Made by a program: the position numbers and the translations under genes
Notes under the pieces: generated by a model
Told to the model about the DNA's origin: nothing
Database searches by the model: none
The model's input: the letters and a program-made list of their open reading frames with translations, nothing else
NCBI RefSeq assembly: GCF_041146345.1
Contig: NW_027191404.1
Coordinates: 744,001 to 808,000 of the forward strand
Length of the DNA stretch: 64,000 nucleotides
Origin: Neodothiora populina
Taxonomy: Eukaryota
Direction: 5' to 3'
Shown here: positions 48,602 through 61,800 of the stretch, in pieces
How positions within the stretch are numbered: position 1 is the first letter of the stretch
Layout of the letters: the number at the start of each line of letters is the position of its first letter

Positions 48602-51290
48602 TCAAGGGTATTCGAACAGCACCACAGTCTGACAGAAGCCGTTTTTATTGGCGGCCTGAGGTACAATCTCCACCGAATCGACTTCGACCATGTTCTCCGA
48701 GCCTACCGTGTTCAGAGCATACATATAGATAGCCTCGCTCTGCTCCAGAGAGACTATGTTTTGCTGGCAATTGCCTGTGAGCAGGCATCCGGAGTCGTAG
48801 TTGTTGAAGAACGAGTATAGCCCAGCTCCGTAGACTAGGCAAAATGTGCTGTTGAAGAATCGGACCGCCATCGTCTTGTAGCATGTCACAAGATAGCAAT
48901 CGGCAAAATCGGGATCGGAATATTTGCTTGAAGGGGGAAAGGGAGTCAGGGAGTCAGGATTGTTTTGCATGTAACTGTGATAAATGTCAACCCACGTCCT
49001 GACATGCGTCAGCTGTTCTCGACTTACGCTGTTTCGCTCTGTATGATGCCCAGGTATATTTCCTTCGCGTTGGCGATCTGATAGTTGTACAGTACGCTGT
49101 GCTCGTAACTCGAACCATATAGCCACACAGGGCCTTGACTTTCGATCAAAAGTCCTCGGCCATTGTACAGGTTTATCTGAGCGTGATCGGGGAGGTCTAA
49201 CTCATGGTCGCTCACCCAGCCCCAGTTGTTGCTCATTAGAACCTGGCCGGTGCTGGTGATGTGTGTCAATAGGAAGGCACCAATACAGGATGGATCTGCC
49301 ACAGTCGCTTGATTCGGTGTTTTGGCACAATTGTTAGACTGCAACTTGGTACCGTTTGTGCCACCTATGCGCCAGTGTACATCCCACATGCCTGTATGTA
49401 CATCGTTAGCATCATTGGTAGGTTTCCCTAGGCGTGAGCAGACTCGCCATTCGATCTCTGGGCGGTATGTGCAAGATTCCATTCCATCATGATAGCACCA
49501 GGAGCGGGACCAAGAGTCTCGAAGAGCAACTCCGACAGTTCGACTGCACCTGACTCTCCCGGTTGGCCGACACGGAAGGCTGGCTTCGGGTTACTCATGT
49601 CATCAAAAGTAGACGAGCTGCCATCGACCATGAATAAAGGCCATATTTCTCCGACGATTTTGATGTTGTTTGGTATGAGTATTGTGTCCCGGATGACATA
49701 GGCACCGTGATTTACAAAGGCGATCTGAGACGGTCCGATGGAGTCGAAAAAGTCCTGGATGCACTGAGTATCATCAGACACTCCGTCGCCGATGCAGCCA
49801 AAGTCAAATGATGACTTGAAGGATGAGACAGGTACGCCTTCATACTGAGGTTTAGATCTGATGTAGAAGTTCCCATTCTCGTCAAGAAGAGACGCCGGCT
49901 TGGGAGGCGAAGGCATAACTTGTTGCACGCGACCATATCTAGCTGAGGGTTGGTAACATGTGAGATCGTTGATCTCTTCCACGTCCTCATATGCACTGTA
50001 CGAGTTGCCCTGAATGAACGACGCTACGCGTTGGTTGCCGTCTAGAACCGTTGTACCATTAGGATAAGCCATGCCGACTGGTGTGTTGTCAAAATTGACG
50101 TTGTCAAGGACCAAACTTCCGGCCGCGACGGGAGTTGAGTTTGAAGCGAAGGTTGTCAGTATGCCAATGTTGGTATTGGTTATGACTGCATCTTGCAGGA
50201 CAAGTGAGCCAGTAGTAATGATGGAGCCGCCTTGAGTCATGTCGAGTCCGATGTTGCAGTCGATGATATTGATGTCCTTGTAATTGAAGACCCAATTCCA
50301 ATTTTGATAGATTGCTGTATTGCATCGCATAAATGTCAAGTTACGACATGTGAACTGCTGATTTCCAGAGAAGAAGCCGACGTTGCCGCCAATGAAGATG
50401 AGATCCTCGATCCAACCTCCAGAGCCATTATCCATGAAAATGCCCTGGTGCCTCGTTTAGCTTTGGTCTGTACGAGAACAAGATCAGGGCTTACCATCTG
50501 AGTATTGTCGTCACCACCTTCTACCATTTTAAAGACAATATTCTGCAACGAAGTGGCTTGTGCTACTTGCCAGTGAAGACAATAGGCTTGCTGACTATGA
50601 GCAGGGACCAGGGTGATATCCAGCACGAAGTTACGCACTTGGCGCCAGAAGTTGTTCTGGTTCTGGTACCAATTGTAGCCATAGGCGAGGTAAGGATCAG
50701 AATCGAGTATAGCGATTCCGAAGAAGTCGGGAGTGGCTTTGAGTACGGGCAAGGCATTGGCGTCGCCTACGAATTGGGTGTAGTATGTCATAACCAAAGG
50801 TCTGCTGACCATGTAGGTTCCGGATGGGAAGTAGAGGATAGCAGGGGTAGTAGACGAAGAGTCGCAGGGGTAGATGCAGTTCCGGCCATCGAAAGTCGCA
50901 TTGTTGATGGCATCAGTATCATCAGTGATACCGTCACCTGTTTCCGATAAGATGATGAGTTTCGAAGCGGCGCATTCTCACTAACCCATAGCGCCGTAGT
51001 CTTTGACATTTCTGAATATCTGGTAGGTGGAGTTGAGCTGATAGGGTGCTGTACCCTGTCTCTTGATCTGAGAATACCAGTAGTCTTGTCCGGAGCCGTA
51101 TCGCTTGTCATGCTGGCTTGGTAGTTCGGTGGCCTCATGACTTGCTTCGGACAAGGCTTTGACCTGCTCGGAAGGTGAGTGAGGCTCAATCATTCAAAGT
51201 TCCATTCTTCCTTACGCCTGGACATGCGACTGAGCACAGAAGCAGTAGAGTGATGAACGGACAGGCTAATAAGACCCTCAGACGAGCCAT
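48602..51290 (-). CDS. Secreted GH55 exo-beta-1,3-glucanase, 6 exons
   Basis: Signal peptide, YQIFRNVKDYGAM|GDGITDDTDAIN, YFPSGTY, QNQNNFWRQVRN, HWQVAQATSLQN, a second GDGVSDDT repeat, WVSDHELD, EHSVLYNYQ and IQSETA|YMQ (catalytic-Glu region). Confidence 0.95.
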
Positions 51291-51638
51291 GGTTGAGGTA
51301 GCAGAGCGTGTGGCTTGTAATTGAGCACTCTGGGATGGAAATGATGTAGATGTAATGAATGATCACAAACCACAGCAAAAGGCAGGAGATTCGTTGGCGC
51401 GATCAGAACGCCGAGTAGGAAACACAGACCTGGGATGAAGGAGTGTTTACATGGCGACGAGGAATGCAGGTTCCGCAATAACAACAAAGCAAGGGCAGGT
51501 TCATCCACTGTCCATTTTTCGGACAGCAAACATGTATGAGTTTCGATGTGAACGTAAGTAATTCCCCCCAGGTGTCCTGTCAGCGCAATCTCACATTGCG
51601 CATGACGGCTGGACGAAGACATGACATAAAGCGGTCTC

Positions 51639-51854
51639 TCACAGGCCAATTCTTTGGTCTCTCGAGCGAGTCTCCCCTTGGGCAAAGGGATCATCACGAG
51701 CTGAACTATTCGTGAAAGGGTCCCCTTTGGAAGCGGTAGCGGCCTCCATGATTTCACGTTTTCTCTTCTGAGAGTCCAATTCTGCTTTGCGCTGGTCAAA
51801 AGCAAGAATGTCGTTGTGGACCAGAGTGATCTTGGTTGGCTGTCGACGAAGCAT
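51639..51854 (-). CDS. CDC26: Anaphase-promoting complex subunit Cdc26/Apc12 (71 aa)
   Basis: Characteristic N-terminus MLRRQPTKITL..DI and C-terminal RSRDQRIGL. The ATG at 51852-51854 lies inside the longer tracked ORF. Confidence 0.78.
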   Translation of the reverse strand: MLRRQPTKITLVHNDILAFDQRKAELDSQKRKREIMEAATASKGDPFTNSSARDDPFAQGETRSRDQRIGL

Positions 51855-52198
51855 CGTGAGTAAGCAGTATGAGATGTAGGGGCCGAGAATGGAGATGATT
51901 CTTGCTGGATTAAGTATAACAAGGAAAGTTCCAATAGCCAGCAGCGTACACAAAAGGCCTCTCTGTGAGAAGTTCTTATTATATCCGTTTGTTATGGTAA
52001 ATCGATGTATTAAGCTGCAAGCACAAGTGGCTGGAGAGAGACGGCGACCGGGAGTCCGATCGGAATCCTTGGCGTGAGCACAGGCCACAGCAACTTGTCT
52101 GTGGTTCAGATATTTGTGGTATACAGCGACAGCGACATAGACACATCTCTGGTCCATCCTGTCTGTCGCCTGACAATTCACAAATCTCACAACCCACA

Positions 52199-53499
52199 AT
52201 GTTCAAGCGGCAATCACTACAGGCCATTGGGTCTGCCACACCGACATGCTCCACCTCGTCGGTGCGAGTCGCCAATGGCGCCAGATACGCCAGTCAGATC
52301 AGACTACCGAACCGACAAGGATCAGAGGGGAAGGGCGGCAACCCAACGTGTATGTCCACTGTCCCTTTATCTTGTTTGTCACCATGAAGAGGTGGAGATA
52401 AGCAAAACAGACAATGTGAAGAAACCCACCTACTCACGCGCGCGAACCCGCAACAGCAACGAACCCACCCTCAGAGCAGACCTCCAACCCAGCCAACAAC
52501 AACAACTCGTCAGCCGGCCGCTCAAGACACCAAAAGGCAGCCCAAGTGTCAGAAGAAGTGCGCATGCTGAACCGCAGCAGCCCGAGCGGCGCCCGAACCC
52601 CTCCCAGCAACCCTCCTCACCCGTCAACCCAGCGATCAAAAGGCGTAGACGCCCAAGCAGTCTACGGTAGAAACCCCGGCGGACAGATGGGCAGGAACGT
52701 CAACGCCAGCCGCGACGGACCCAACAGCGCATCACAAGGACCCGGCGGTCGCAGCTTCAGAGCAGGAGCAGCACGAGGCGGACGACCAGCGGGAGGATTC
52801 GCCGCAAGAGGAGGAGGAGGTCGCCGCGGCGGCGGCGCAGACAACCGAGCCAACCCGGACCAAGAAGGCGCCGACGCCGACGAGAACGACTCCAGCGGCC
52901 TACAGGCCCCCTCCACACAGCACGAGCTGATCCTGCTCGAGCAATTCGACAAGCAAGACATCACCGCCGTGCCCTTCGAGCCCGAAGCCGTGACCAAAGA
53001 AACCTACCTGAACCTCGGCCAAGGCGGCGCGACCATCGCAGCAGGAAACTACGCGGGCGTGCTCGAAGACCGCCTGACTCTGCTCGCCGAACCGTCCCAG
53101 GACGGCTTCCGCTGGGCGCCGCACATTGCCCACCGCATGCTCCAAGGCGAATTCGTATCCTTCAAGTCGGAAGAGGAAAAATCCGCCGTCGTGGCCTCCG
53201 CCCAACACCTCGGCTCGTCGGGTCTGCCCAAGTCAGAACGCACCTTCTCGCCCGTGTCGGAAGCCTCTCAGCGCGTCCTCGTCGATAAACTCGTGCGCGG
53301 CGTCTACACGGACCCCAAGAAGGCTGGGGGCAACAAGCAGGCTGTCCTCGATGATATCGTGCGCAACACCCTGCGCAACCCGACGTATCTCGCCGACGAT
53401 CAGAGTAAGCTGTTGAGGAAGATCAGGAGTCTGTTGCCCTCCGAGGCTGCTGCTTCTGCGGCGAAGAAGCCAGCGGCGCCGAAGGCGGCGAGGAAGTGA
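52199..53499 (+). CDS. Hypothetical protein with a mitochondrial-type presequence and RGG-rich region, possibly a mitoribosome-associated subunit; 2 exons
   Basis: Exon 1 MFKRQSLQAIGS..ARYAS is joined via intron 52350-52456 (GTATGT..TACTCAC..CAG) in frame to ORF 52546..53499, which has strong C-ending codon bias. The family is not firmly recognised. Confidence 0.6.
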
Positions 53500-53926
53500 G
53501 GGGGCGGAAAGGGAGATGAACATACCATCGATATCCCTCTTCCTCTTTGGCCCTACACTGATCTTTCACAAAGGAATCGTCATCCTCTGTGTATCAAGTG
53601 TAGTGGCTTGCCTCTCTCTGATTTTTCTCGAGTATCACCCTGCAGGAATACAAAGGGGGCGAAACGTGTACAATATGTGTATATAGACATGAATATCAAT
53701 TAGTTCGGCAATTTCCGTAAATCCTTTTGTTTTATCCTAAGAAAAGTGGCTCTCGACAAACCCTCTCTTTTCCTCCCTGCAGCACGAACATGGAGACGAA
53801 GAAAAATTGAAAAAGAAAAAAGAAGTAAAAGATATCCAACGACACTTTGCCCTGTACGGCCAAGAAATATAGCAACGAAAGGAACTACACAGATATAAAC
53901 TATAACTAGAAGAACCAACATCTCCC

Positions 53927-56900
53927 CTACCAATCGTCTCCGTCGTCGTTCCTGTTCATCGCCTTCTGCCGTGCTCGCAACGCCTCTGCCAGACCGCCGG
54001 CTAATCCTCCACCGCCGCCCTGACTCGACGGTGTCGCCGCCCCGCTGTCCGATCCGCTTTGGTTCGCGCTATATCCGCTATCTCGCGCTGCGCCGGGAGC
54101 AGGTGGTGCTGCTTTGCGGCCTGCCGGTCGCTTCGCTGGTGGCGCTGGCGGTGTTGGCTTGGCCCTGATTCCGTTCGCGATGCCGTTCGCTAATGATTTC
54201 GAGCCTGGCGGAGCCGGCGGTGTCGGTCGTGATTGAACTGGTGGCGGTGGTGGCGGAGGCGCTGACTTGAATTCCTCAATGTATGCTGAAGGCACCCATC
54301 CGGCTGCCGAGTCGTCTAGTCTCTTGCCGAGCCACCATCCTATCAAACGTTAGTCGAACAGATCTACATTGTCAAGGTAACCTTGCTACACTTACCATTG
54401 TTCTCTTTTTGAGTGATGGCGATGATCTCGTCTTTCCGGAAGCTGAGCTCGCCGCTGGTCTGCCCCGCGAAGTCGTACAATGCCTTGTACTGCGGGTCCT
54501 TTGGCGGTGCTGCCGCCGCAGGAGGAGGTGGAGGAGGTGGCGGTGCCCTGGAGGACGTCATCGAGGCTGTAGATGCGTTCCGTGCATGACCTGTGCCATT
54601 GAGCGCTGCCACCGGTTGCGGCACCGGCTTGGGATGCATAGCAGCAGACGCCGCCGCTGCCGCTACAGGCTTTGGTGCAACTGGATACGACGCTGCTGCG
54701 GCCACGGGCTGTCCTCCACCTGGCAGAGGCTGTGCTTGCGGAACAGGTCTTGGCGCAGGTTTCGGTCGACTCGCCAACTTTGACGGTTGTCCACCAGGAC
54801 CTCCAGGCCTGAGCAGCTTGCCGCTAGTGATGGGTTTGCCGGCAATCTTTTTGCCCCTGGGAGTTGGCTTAGATACTGAAGTAGGAGATTCACCAGGACC
54901 GGTATGAATGGTTCCACTCTTGTACAAGTCGTCCCGAGGGACCATGTTATCCTTGACGACCTTGATCGTCGAAGGCTTCCCGGGCTTCTTGTTGTATTGG
55001 ATGGAGGTGTCGATGCGGATCTCGACGGCTCCTCTAGTCACGCGCTTCAGCCAGGTGAAGAACTCGGTCTTGAAGATGCAGTTGACCAGAGGGTCAGGCT
55101 CCTGCGGTGAACCAACGCCGATTGCGAACCAGTCGTCCTTGAGCTGTGACGCACTGACATACTTGATCGACCCGACGGGCATCGTGCGCTCTGCCATGAT
55201 CTGAAGCTGCTTGTTGACAATCGCTTGTTTGACAAGTATGACAGCCTTGTTGGTGAGGATGAGAAAACGTGGTTCTGGTTTGCTGGATCGTCCAAGTTTT
55301 GATACCAGAAGCTCGCAACGGCAGGAGAAGATGACCTGGTCGTTGAGGTGAATGGAACCTCTGATCAGTTCACCCGAGCCGCCGTTGTTGCCGATACCTA
55401 GGTAGTCACCCATGAATCGTCGGTAACCGATCAAACTGTATCGCCTGCGTTCTTTGCGTCCTTGAAGCAGCTTGTGACCCTCGTCGCGAATTTCAATAAA
55501 CTCCCTGCCTCCTGTCTTCCGTCGCCAGAATCGCTGAATGCGTGTTGCACATTCAACTCTGTAGCGGAGATAATTGCGCCAGGCGCGCTGGATCCTGATA
55601 GCCATATTGTGCCAGTACCTGTCACGCATCGTCTCAAGCGCAAAGAGTGTCTCCGGAGTCTTGATGAATGCCTTGGTCACACCCATCTGATATTCTTCTA
55701 GTGGGATGCTACTGTCCTTGAGGATCTGTTTCACACCAGATTTCGCATCACCAGTCCAGGTGTAGTCTCCGGCATAGCTGGTCTTCGGTGAAAGCAGATA
55801 GAATCGCTCAACGAACTTCTCGAATGTCTGTCGGTATGCGAAACCCGCACGTCGAATGCGCACGTTCTCTTGTAGACCGAGGTACTTGATCTGATGCATG
55901 ACATTTGAGACGTTGTACTCCGTGGGCGATTTGTTCTCGTTAGGCTTGATGGTTCGAATGTACGAGGGAGAAGCCTTCATCAACGTCGCCACAAGGTCAT
56001 TTGCGGACGCCTTGATTCTGTCTCCGGCAGTGGGCGGCCTGCGCTTATTGTCTTGATCAACCTGCTCGGGGAATAGTGTGTGCACAAACTGGTTGCTGCT
56101 TCCTCCAACAAGGTTAAGGATATCCTTCAGAAGGGCATCCTTGTTCTTGTCAGTCATGCCCTCGACGGCGTATGCCACATCACCAGCGTAATGCTTGATG
56201 ACGAACTGTCCCTGGCGGGGCTGGAAGTTGGGGTTTGAAGACAAGGCATTGAGGCGCTGCACGAAAGTGCCATCGGCGGCTGTGGGGTCTGCGTGTGCAG
56301 TTGCGCAGGCGTCATTGAGGGCAGCAAAGACACCAGGAGGGCGCTTCTCCTCAATAAGCTCGCACACAACCTTGTTGTCGAAGTACTTGATAGGGGTCCA
56401 CGTGATCTGTTCACGTTCATATTCGTCCTGCTCGGCCTTCAGGGTCAATTGAATGAAGATCTGTTGCAGTTTCTCGTTGACATAGTTGATGCAAAGCTGC
56501 TCGAAGCTGTTACGCTCAAAGATCTCGAATCCGTAGATATCCAAGATACCAATTGATTGCGCGACTTGGCCCTTTGCGCGAAGAGAATCGTTCACTCTCT
56601 GGACCAACCAATCGAACATGTTGTAGTATATACCCTTGGAAAGTGCGTCTCGGACTGCAGTAGCCTGTGCTGGGTTCAGCGGCACCTCGTATACAGATCC
56701 TCTCCTGCCACCGCGGCTAGTCTCCATTATCCTGATGGTCAGGGCCTTGTTGACCATGGCAGGCTGCACTTCAAGCAGATATGCTACGAAGTCAACAATA
56801 GACTGATCCTGAATAGTGGCATTTCCTTGGTCGTCTTCGGCGAAGGTGCAGTTGCCCAGCCAAAGTATTGTGGCGAGCATACGGAAAATGTTGTCCTGTT

Positions 56901-57995
56901 CGTCCTGAGAGAGTCCAATGACATTCATGGCATTCAGGGTGTCATTGAACTCGGCGTGGTCATCGATGCCTTGCACATCGAAACATTTCGATTTGCTGGT
57001 ATATAGGTATGATTGCGGTTGCTGGAGGCCGAAGATCTCTCTGTACTTCGGCGAGGCTGCCTTGGTGAACTGGTAGAAGATATGGAAGTTTCGCTCATTG
57101 ACAATCTGCCCCACAACTCTGGACTTTTCTAGCAAATAGTTGTTGATATTTGCTCCGACAGGCTCTCCTTGGCCGTTGAACTGGATTTCAAGATATTTTC
57201 CGAATCGTGACGAGTTGTTGTTTCGGAGGGTCTTGGCGTTTCCAAAAGACTCAAGTAGAGGGTTTGTTGCGAGGACCATGTCCTTTGTTTCTTGGATAGA
57301 GGAATTGCTGCCCCCTGAGACGTTGGCAATATATTGCATGATCCGCTTAGCTGCCTCCGTCTTTCCTGCTCCGGACTCTCCTGAGATAATGATACACTGG
57401 TTGTCCTTGTAGGCGTTCATGTTGTAGTAGGACGCTTCAGCGATGGCAAAGACATGGGGAGGGACTTCGAGTCTGTTTTTGCCCTTGTAGCTGTCGAGCA
57501 CCTTGTCGGTGTAGATTCCAACTGCATGATTGTTCTAGCATTTGCCCCAACTCAAATTAGGGGGTCCTGTTTCAGGTGGGAAGACTTACGGTCTCTGAAT
57601 GGATTGACGGACACCAACACGTGTCCAATATATGTCTAAAGGCCGCACAGTCAGCTCCGAGGGTGTCTTTGCATAGGCGCACTATCTGGGATGGCAGGAA
57701 CCACTCACGTAGATCTCGCCATTCTCGAATCGCTTCTTCAGGTTCTCATTGATTGCTTCATTGGAGATTTTGCTGATGAGTGTAAGATCCGACACTCCGA
57801 CTTCCTTCTTTTTGGTGCTCTCAAAGGCCGCCTTCCTGACCTGAGGCTTGCCGCCGCCGCTGCTGGGTTGCGCAGCTGCAGCATTCTTCCTACCGGCGCG
57901 CTTGGTGACAGCCTGTATGCGCCAATTAAGTCAGTTTCTTTTATCTGCAATGCCATCTGCAGTGCCAGGGCCGGGACGGGGTGGCTCCATACCAT
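53927..57995 (-). CDS. myoA: Class I myosin (MyoA/Myo3/5 type): motor, IQ, TH1, SH3 and acidic tail
   Basis: [47 protein letters not shown] site GRRGSVY, DIYGFE, IQRAWR, SH3 YKALYDF..ELSF..GWW and terminal DDGDDW. The first coding exon is the ATG alone (57993-57995). Confidence 0.97.
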
Positions 57996-58804
57996 GGTGG
58001 GCTATGTGCGTGCGAGTAGGTGTGTTGCGCAAGTTGACGTGACGTATGGCTTCTCCTTCACTCCAGATCTGAGTAGAGACAGCACAGCATGTGTGACCAA
58101 CCGGGATTCAGGCAAGCCAATCTTGGTCTCGCGTCAGGAAAGTCTATACAGGAGAAGTGTTAAAGGCACAAGTGAGGGAGTGGAAAAGTAAGGAAGTTAC
58201 AAAAGGATAGGCAGGGTATAATGACCGCTAAGATAAGTTTGGGTATCTACATACAACTGTACTATGCTCCTGCCACTCGAGCCACTCTACAGCACCCTTC
58301 CTGCCTTACCTTATGCTCCCACTCTCGGCAACCGCGGCGTCGGGGGCCGGTGGTGCGTCATTTGCAGACACACTACAGAGGTACCTTACCTTAAGGTTCC
58401 GTTCTGTAGGGAAGGTGCATGGCAACCTAGTCCCCCGCGGTGCGTGCCAAGCTACGGTACCTGTACCCTTCCCGACCTCGCCGAGAATCTGAGTCCGCGT
58501 CTTTTCCGAACTGCGCCTCTTGATGCCAACCTACGACACGCAAGCTTACACGAAGTCTCTTTAGAATACATATAGTAGGTTTCTCAGGCAGTCACGAAAC
58601 ACTGCCTGGGACGCGGGAGACCGAGGGAAGGCAGTGGTATGATCGAATGTGAATGCTCTCATATACGAATACCAGTTCGCCGATTAGTGGAAGCATAAAC
58701 CAAGTTCCCCCATTCATAGACCAAACAACGCTCGGCTCATCAAGGTATCCAAAAAGAAACGCCATCGCTATTCCAACTTTCATAAGCTCGTCCACAAAAA
58801 TCCA

Positions 58805-61800
58805 TCACCGCTTGACATCGTCTCCTCCATGCCGTCCGACTGTCACCCAGTCGATCTTCTTCGCGTGGTCACTCACCCATAGGCCTTGCCACTGCAGCTC
58901 CTGAATCCGATCGCCACGACCCAGGCCACCTCCCTCAATCCATTGTTCTAGCACGTTCTGCAGAAAGTCTATCTTCTGCTCAACCATGTTTGCTCTGACA
59001 ATCTCGGCGAAGAGTTTCTGCCCTCTGCCATATTGAGATCCATATAGCATATTGTGGATGGGCTGCAGCAGAGTCTCTCGATCTCGGAGTAGCTTCATCG
59101 GTAGGTCGTTGCTCTGTTCGATCGAAGACACTCCTTCGATAGAGACAAGAGTCGCAGAGACGTGCTGACCATCGGCTGAAAAGACGAATTTGGTGTGATC
59201 TGGGAAGTGCATCTGTTCGCATTGTTAGCATTGTAACCCCAAATTTCTGTTTTTGCTCGTGAGCAACTTACTTGTATACAGCCGTCAGAAAAGGCCCACA
59301 CACCCACGTTGCCTAATCTCTGGTAGAATCTGACGAAAAGAAGACTTTGGGCATCTTCCTTCTCAACATCGTTCATTATTGGCTCCTGCGATTCGCCAAC
59401 GCCCGGTACCATATACCGACCAAACTTCACCCACAGCACCTTCAGCATGCGTATCCTCTCTCTTTCTCGTTCGTCGCAAGTCGAAGGGTTCATGATGCGA
59501 ATACCGGCCAATCCGGCATCTTGCAGTATCTGAAACGGCACTTTGTCCAAGTTCTCGAATCGTTTACCGATACATTTGAGCCATTGCTCGCCATTGCGCA
59601 CCGCGACGTGGGTTACTGGGGTTCCTCTGAGTGGCACTGCGTTCGCAATGAAGCCGACTGTCCCATCTTCAAGGACATAGCCTACGCCGTGCTTACGACT
59701 GTAGTCGACCCATCTGCTAACAAAAGGCAGCGGCTTGGCGAGCTGGGGTTGAGCTCTTCTGGGAGGCGCAATCCTCTTTCTCTGGATGGCGGAGGCCACG
59801 TTATGTCGGAAGAGGCAAAGGCGTGCCAGAACGTCCTCAGGGTCCGTACCGGGGAACGCTGAGGCTGCCGAGCGGCTTCGCTTATTTGCCACTGGCAATA
59901 CTGACTTTGCAACACTGGGTATAGAAGACATCGGCTGTCGATCCGGTTTAGATCCCTCGTCGTAAATATCGATCACTTCAGGGGCCGTGACTCTTGTGCG
60001 TGTTCGAACAGTCCGGGCCGGGACCGCAGTGTTCGGCGGCGGCAAGTCTGTGCTAACCATCGGAGTACCTTCCTGGGCCGATTCCCTGGCTGGGAGGTTC
60101 TTACGCAGAGCCCTGGGCCTACGGGCAAGGCTGGCATCGACAGACCGCCTGTAGGTGAAAGCATCGTCCGCACTCTCTGGCTGTGATGCAGACATAGATT
60201 GCTTGTGCACACTTTCGCTGACTACCTGCGGAACCGGTTGTGAGGAATATGGCCTAAACGTATCTTCTTCCGCTAGCTTCGGTCGCAAACTCGATGATCG
60301 CACAGTGCCCTGTCGTCGCGCATATGGTGGAGGCGGCATTAAATCAATATCTTTCCTCTTCCTTGTTGCAGTATTCGTCTCCATGGCAGCTGTAGTGGGA
60401 GGTGCTTGAACCTCGTTGTTGGAGATCTCCCTTAGTTGGCGCACGTTGGCAGTGGACTCCCGTTCTTCTGAAATCTCTTCGAGGCCTGTATTGGCCTGGA
60501 ACCCAAACGTACCGCTGTAGGGGTAGGTCGTGTAGACGGTATCTGAAGGGATGGGCAGAACCGGTTGCCGGCCCGCAGCTACCTCCCTCTCGATATCTCT
60601 AACGACACTGCGGATTCTCTTGCCAGAATTGAGTTGAAAAAACTTTCCGGGGAGATACTCTCCTACCCCAGACTCCTTGCAGACGTGCCACCACGAGTCG
60701 CTGTAACCTCTCTGAAGAACTTCGGGGCTTGGCAAAGCAGCATTGGGCCAGGTCGGGATTTTCGTTAGCTGGTTTCGACTCATGTGTTTCGGGACGAAGG
60801 CGATCTTGAAAAAGGCGTGTGACACAATTTGATCAGGATTTGGACGCAGTTCTTCTGCTACCAAGAGTGACGATACCAGGTCTCTCAGATCCGCGGAAAT
60901 TTCGTTGGTTATTGATGAAAGCTCTGGCCATGAGTAGTCGCCAGACTTGAGCTTCTTGTAGATCTCATCCTTTGATGCTGCGTGGAAAGGAGCCCTGCCG
61001 ACCGCCAGGGTATAGCTACAGATGTTTAGTACAAATTCAGGGATGAAGCAGTCGGGTCGAGGACAAGCTTACGCAATGACTCCGATTGCCCAGAGATCGA
61101 CCTTCTCGTTATGGCCTTTGCCCTTCTCGAGGATCTCTGGAGCCAGATAGTTGGGAGTGCCGCACATAGTGGTTCTCCTTTTGGCATCCATGTCCTTGCC
61201 GCTGACCAGCAGCGCAGCCAGTCCGAAATCGCCGACCTTGATGTTCATGTGCTCGTCGAGGAAGAGATTTCCAGTTTTGAGATCGCGATGTACGATATTA
61301 CGCGCGTGCAAGTACTTCACAGCGCCGGACACCTGGATGATGAAGCGTCGAATCTCAGGCATTGTGATGTTCTTGCGTCTCTTTAACAGATCGGCCAGCG
61401 AACCGTTAGAGCACAACTCAAGGACGACATAGGTACTTTCACCGAAGGAGAATGCGCGATGGAATGCGACAATGTTGGGGTGGTTTAATTTCGAATGGAT
61501 TTGCAGCTCGGTCACAAACTATGTTGTTTTAGTGATTGTTTTGAGGTAACGACCATCAAGATGGCGCGACATTGCTTCAAAAGAGGAGCGCAATTTTTGA
61601 CAAACCTTCTGTGCCAACTTCGCTGGCTCCATCTTAGTCTTGACGATTTTGAGTGCAACAAGATGACCAGTGGGCCTGTCCTTTTCCAGTCTCTCAGCCT
61701 TGAAGCAGATGGCGAAGCCACCCTTGCCCAGCTGATTGGCAGTGGCATAACTGATCCCATACGGCTCCGATACTATCGCAGGCGGCGGCGCCGCGTGGAT

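Noticed and set aside
13186..57995. Apparent trafficking cluster (vezA, ERV25, SLY1, myoA)
   Set aside because: The genes are scattered among unrelated housekeeping genes, with no evidence beyond chance.
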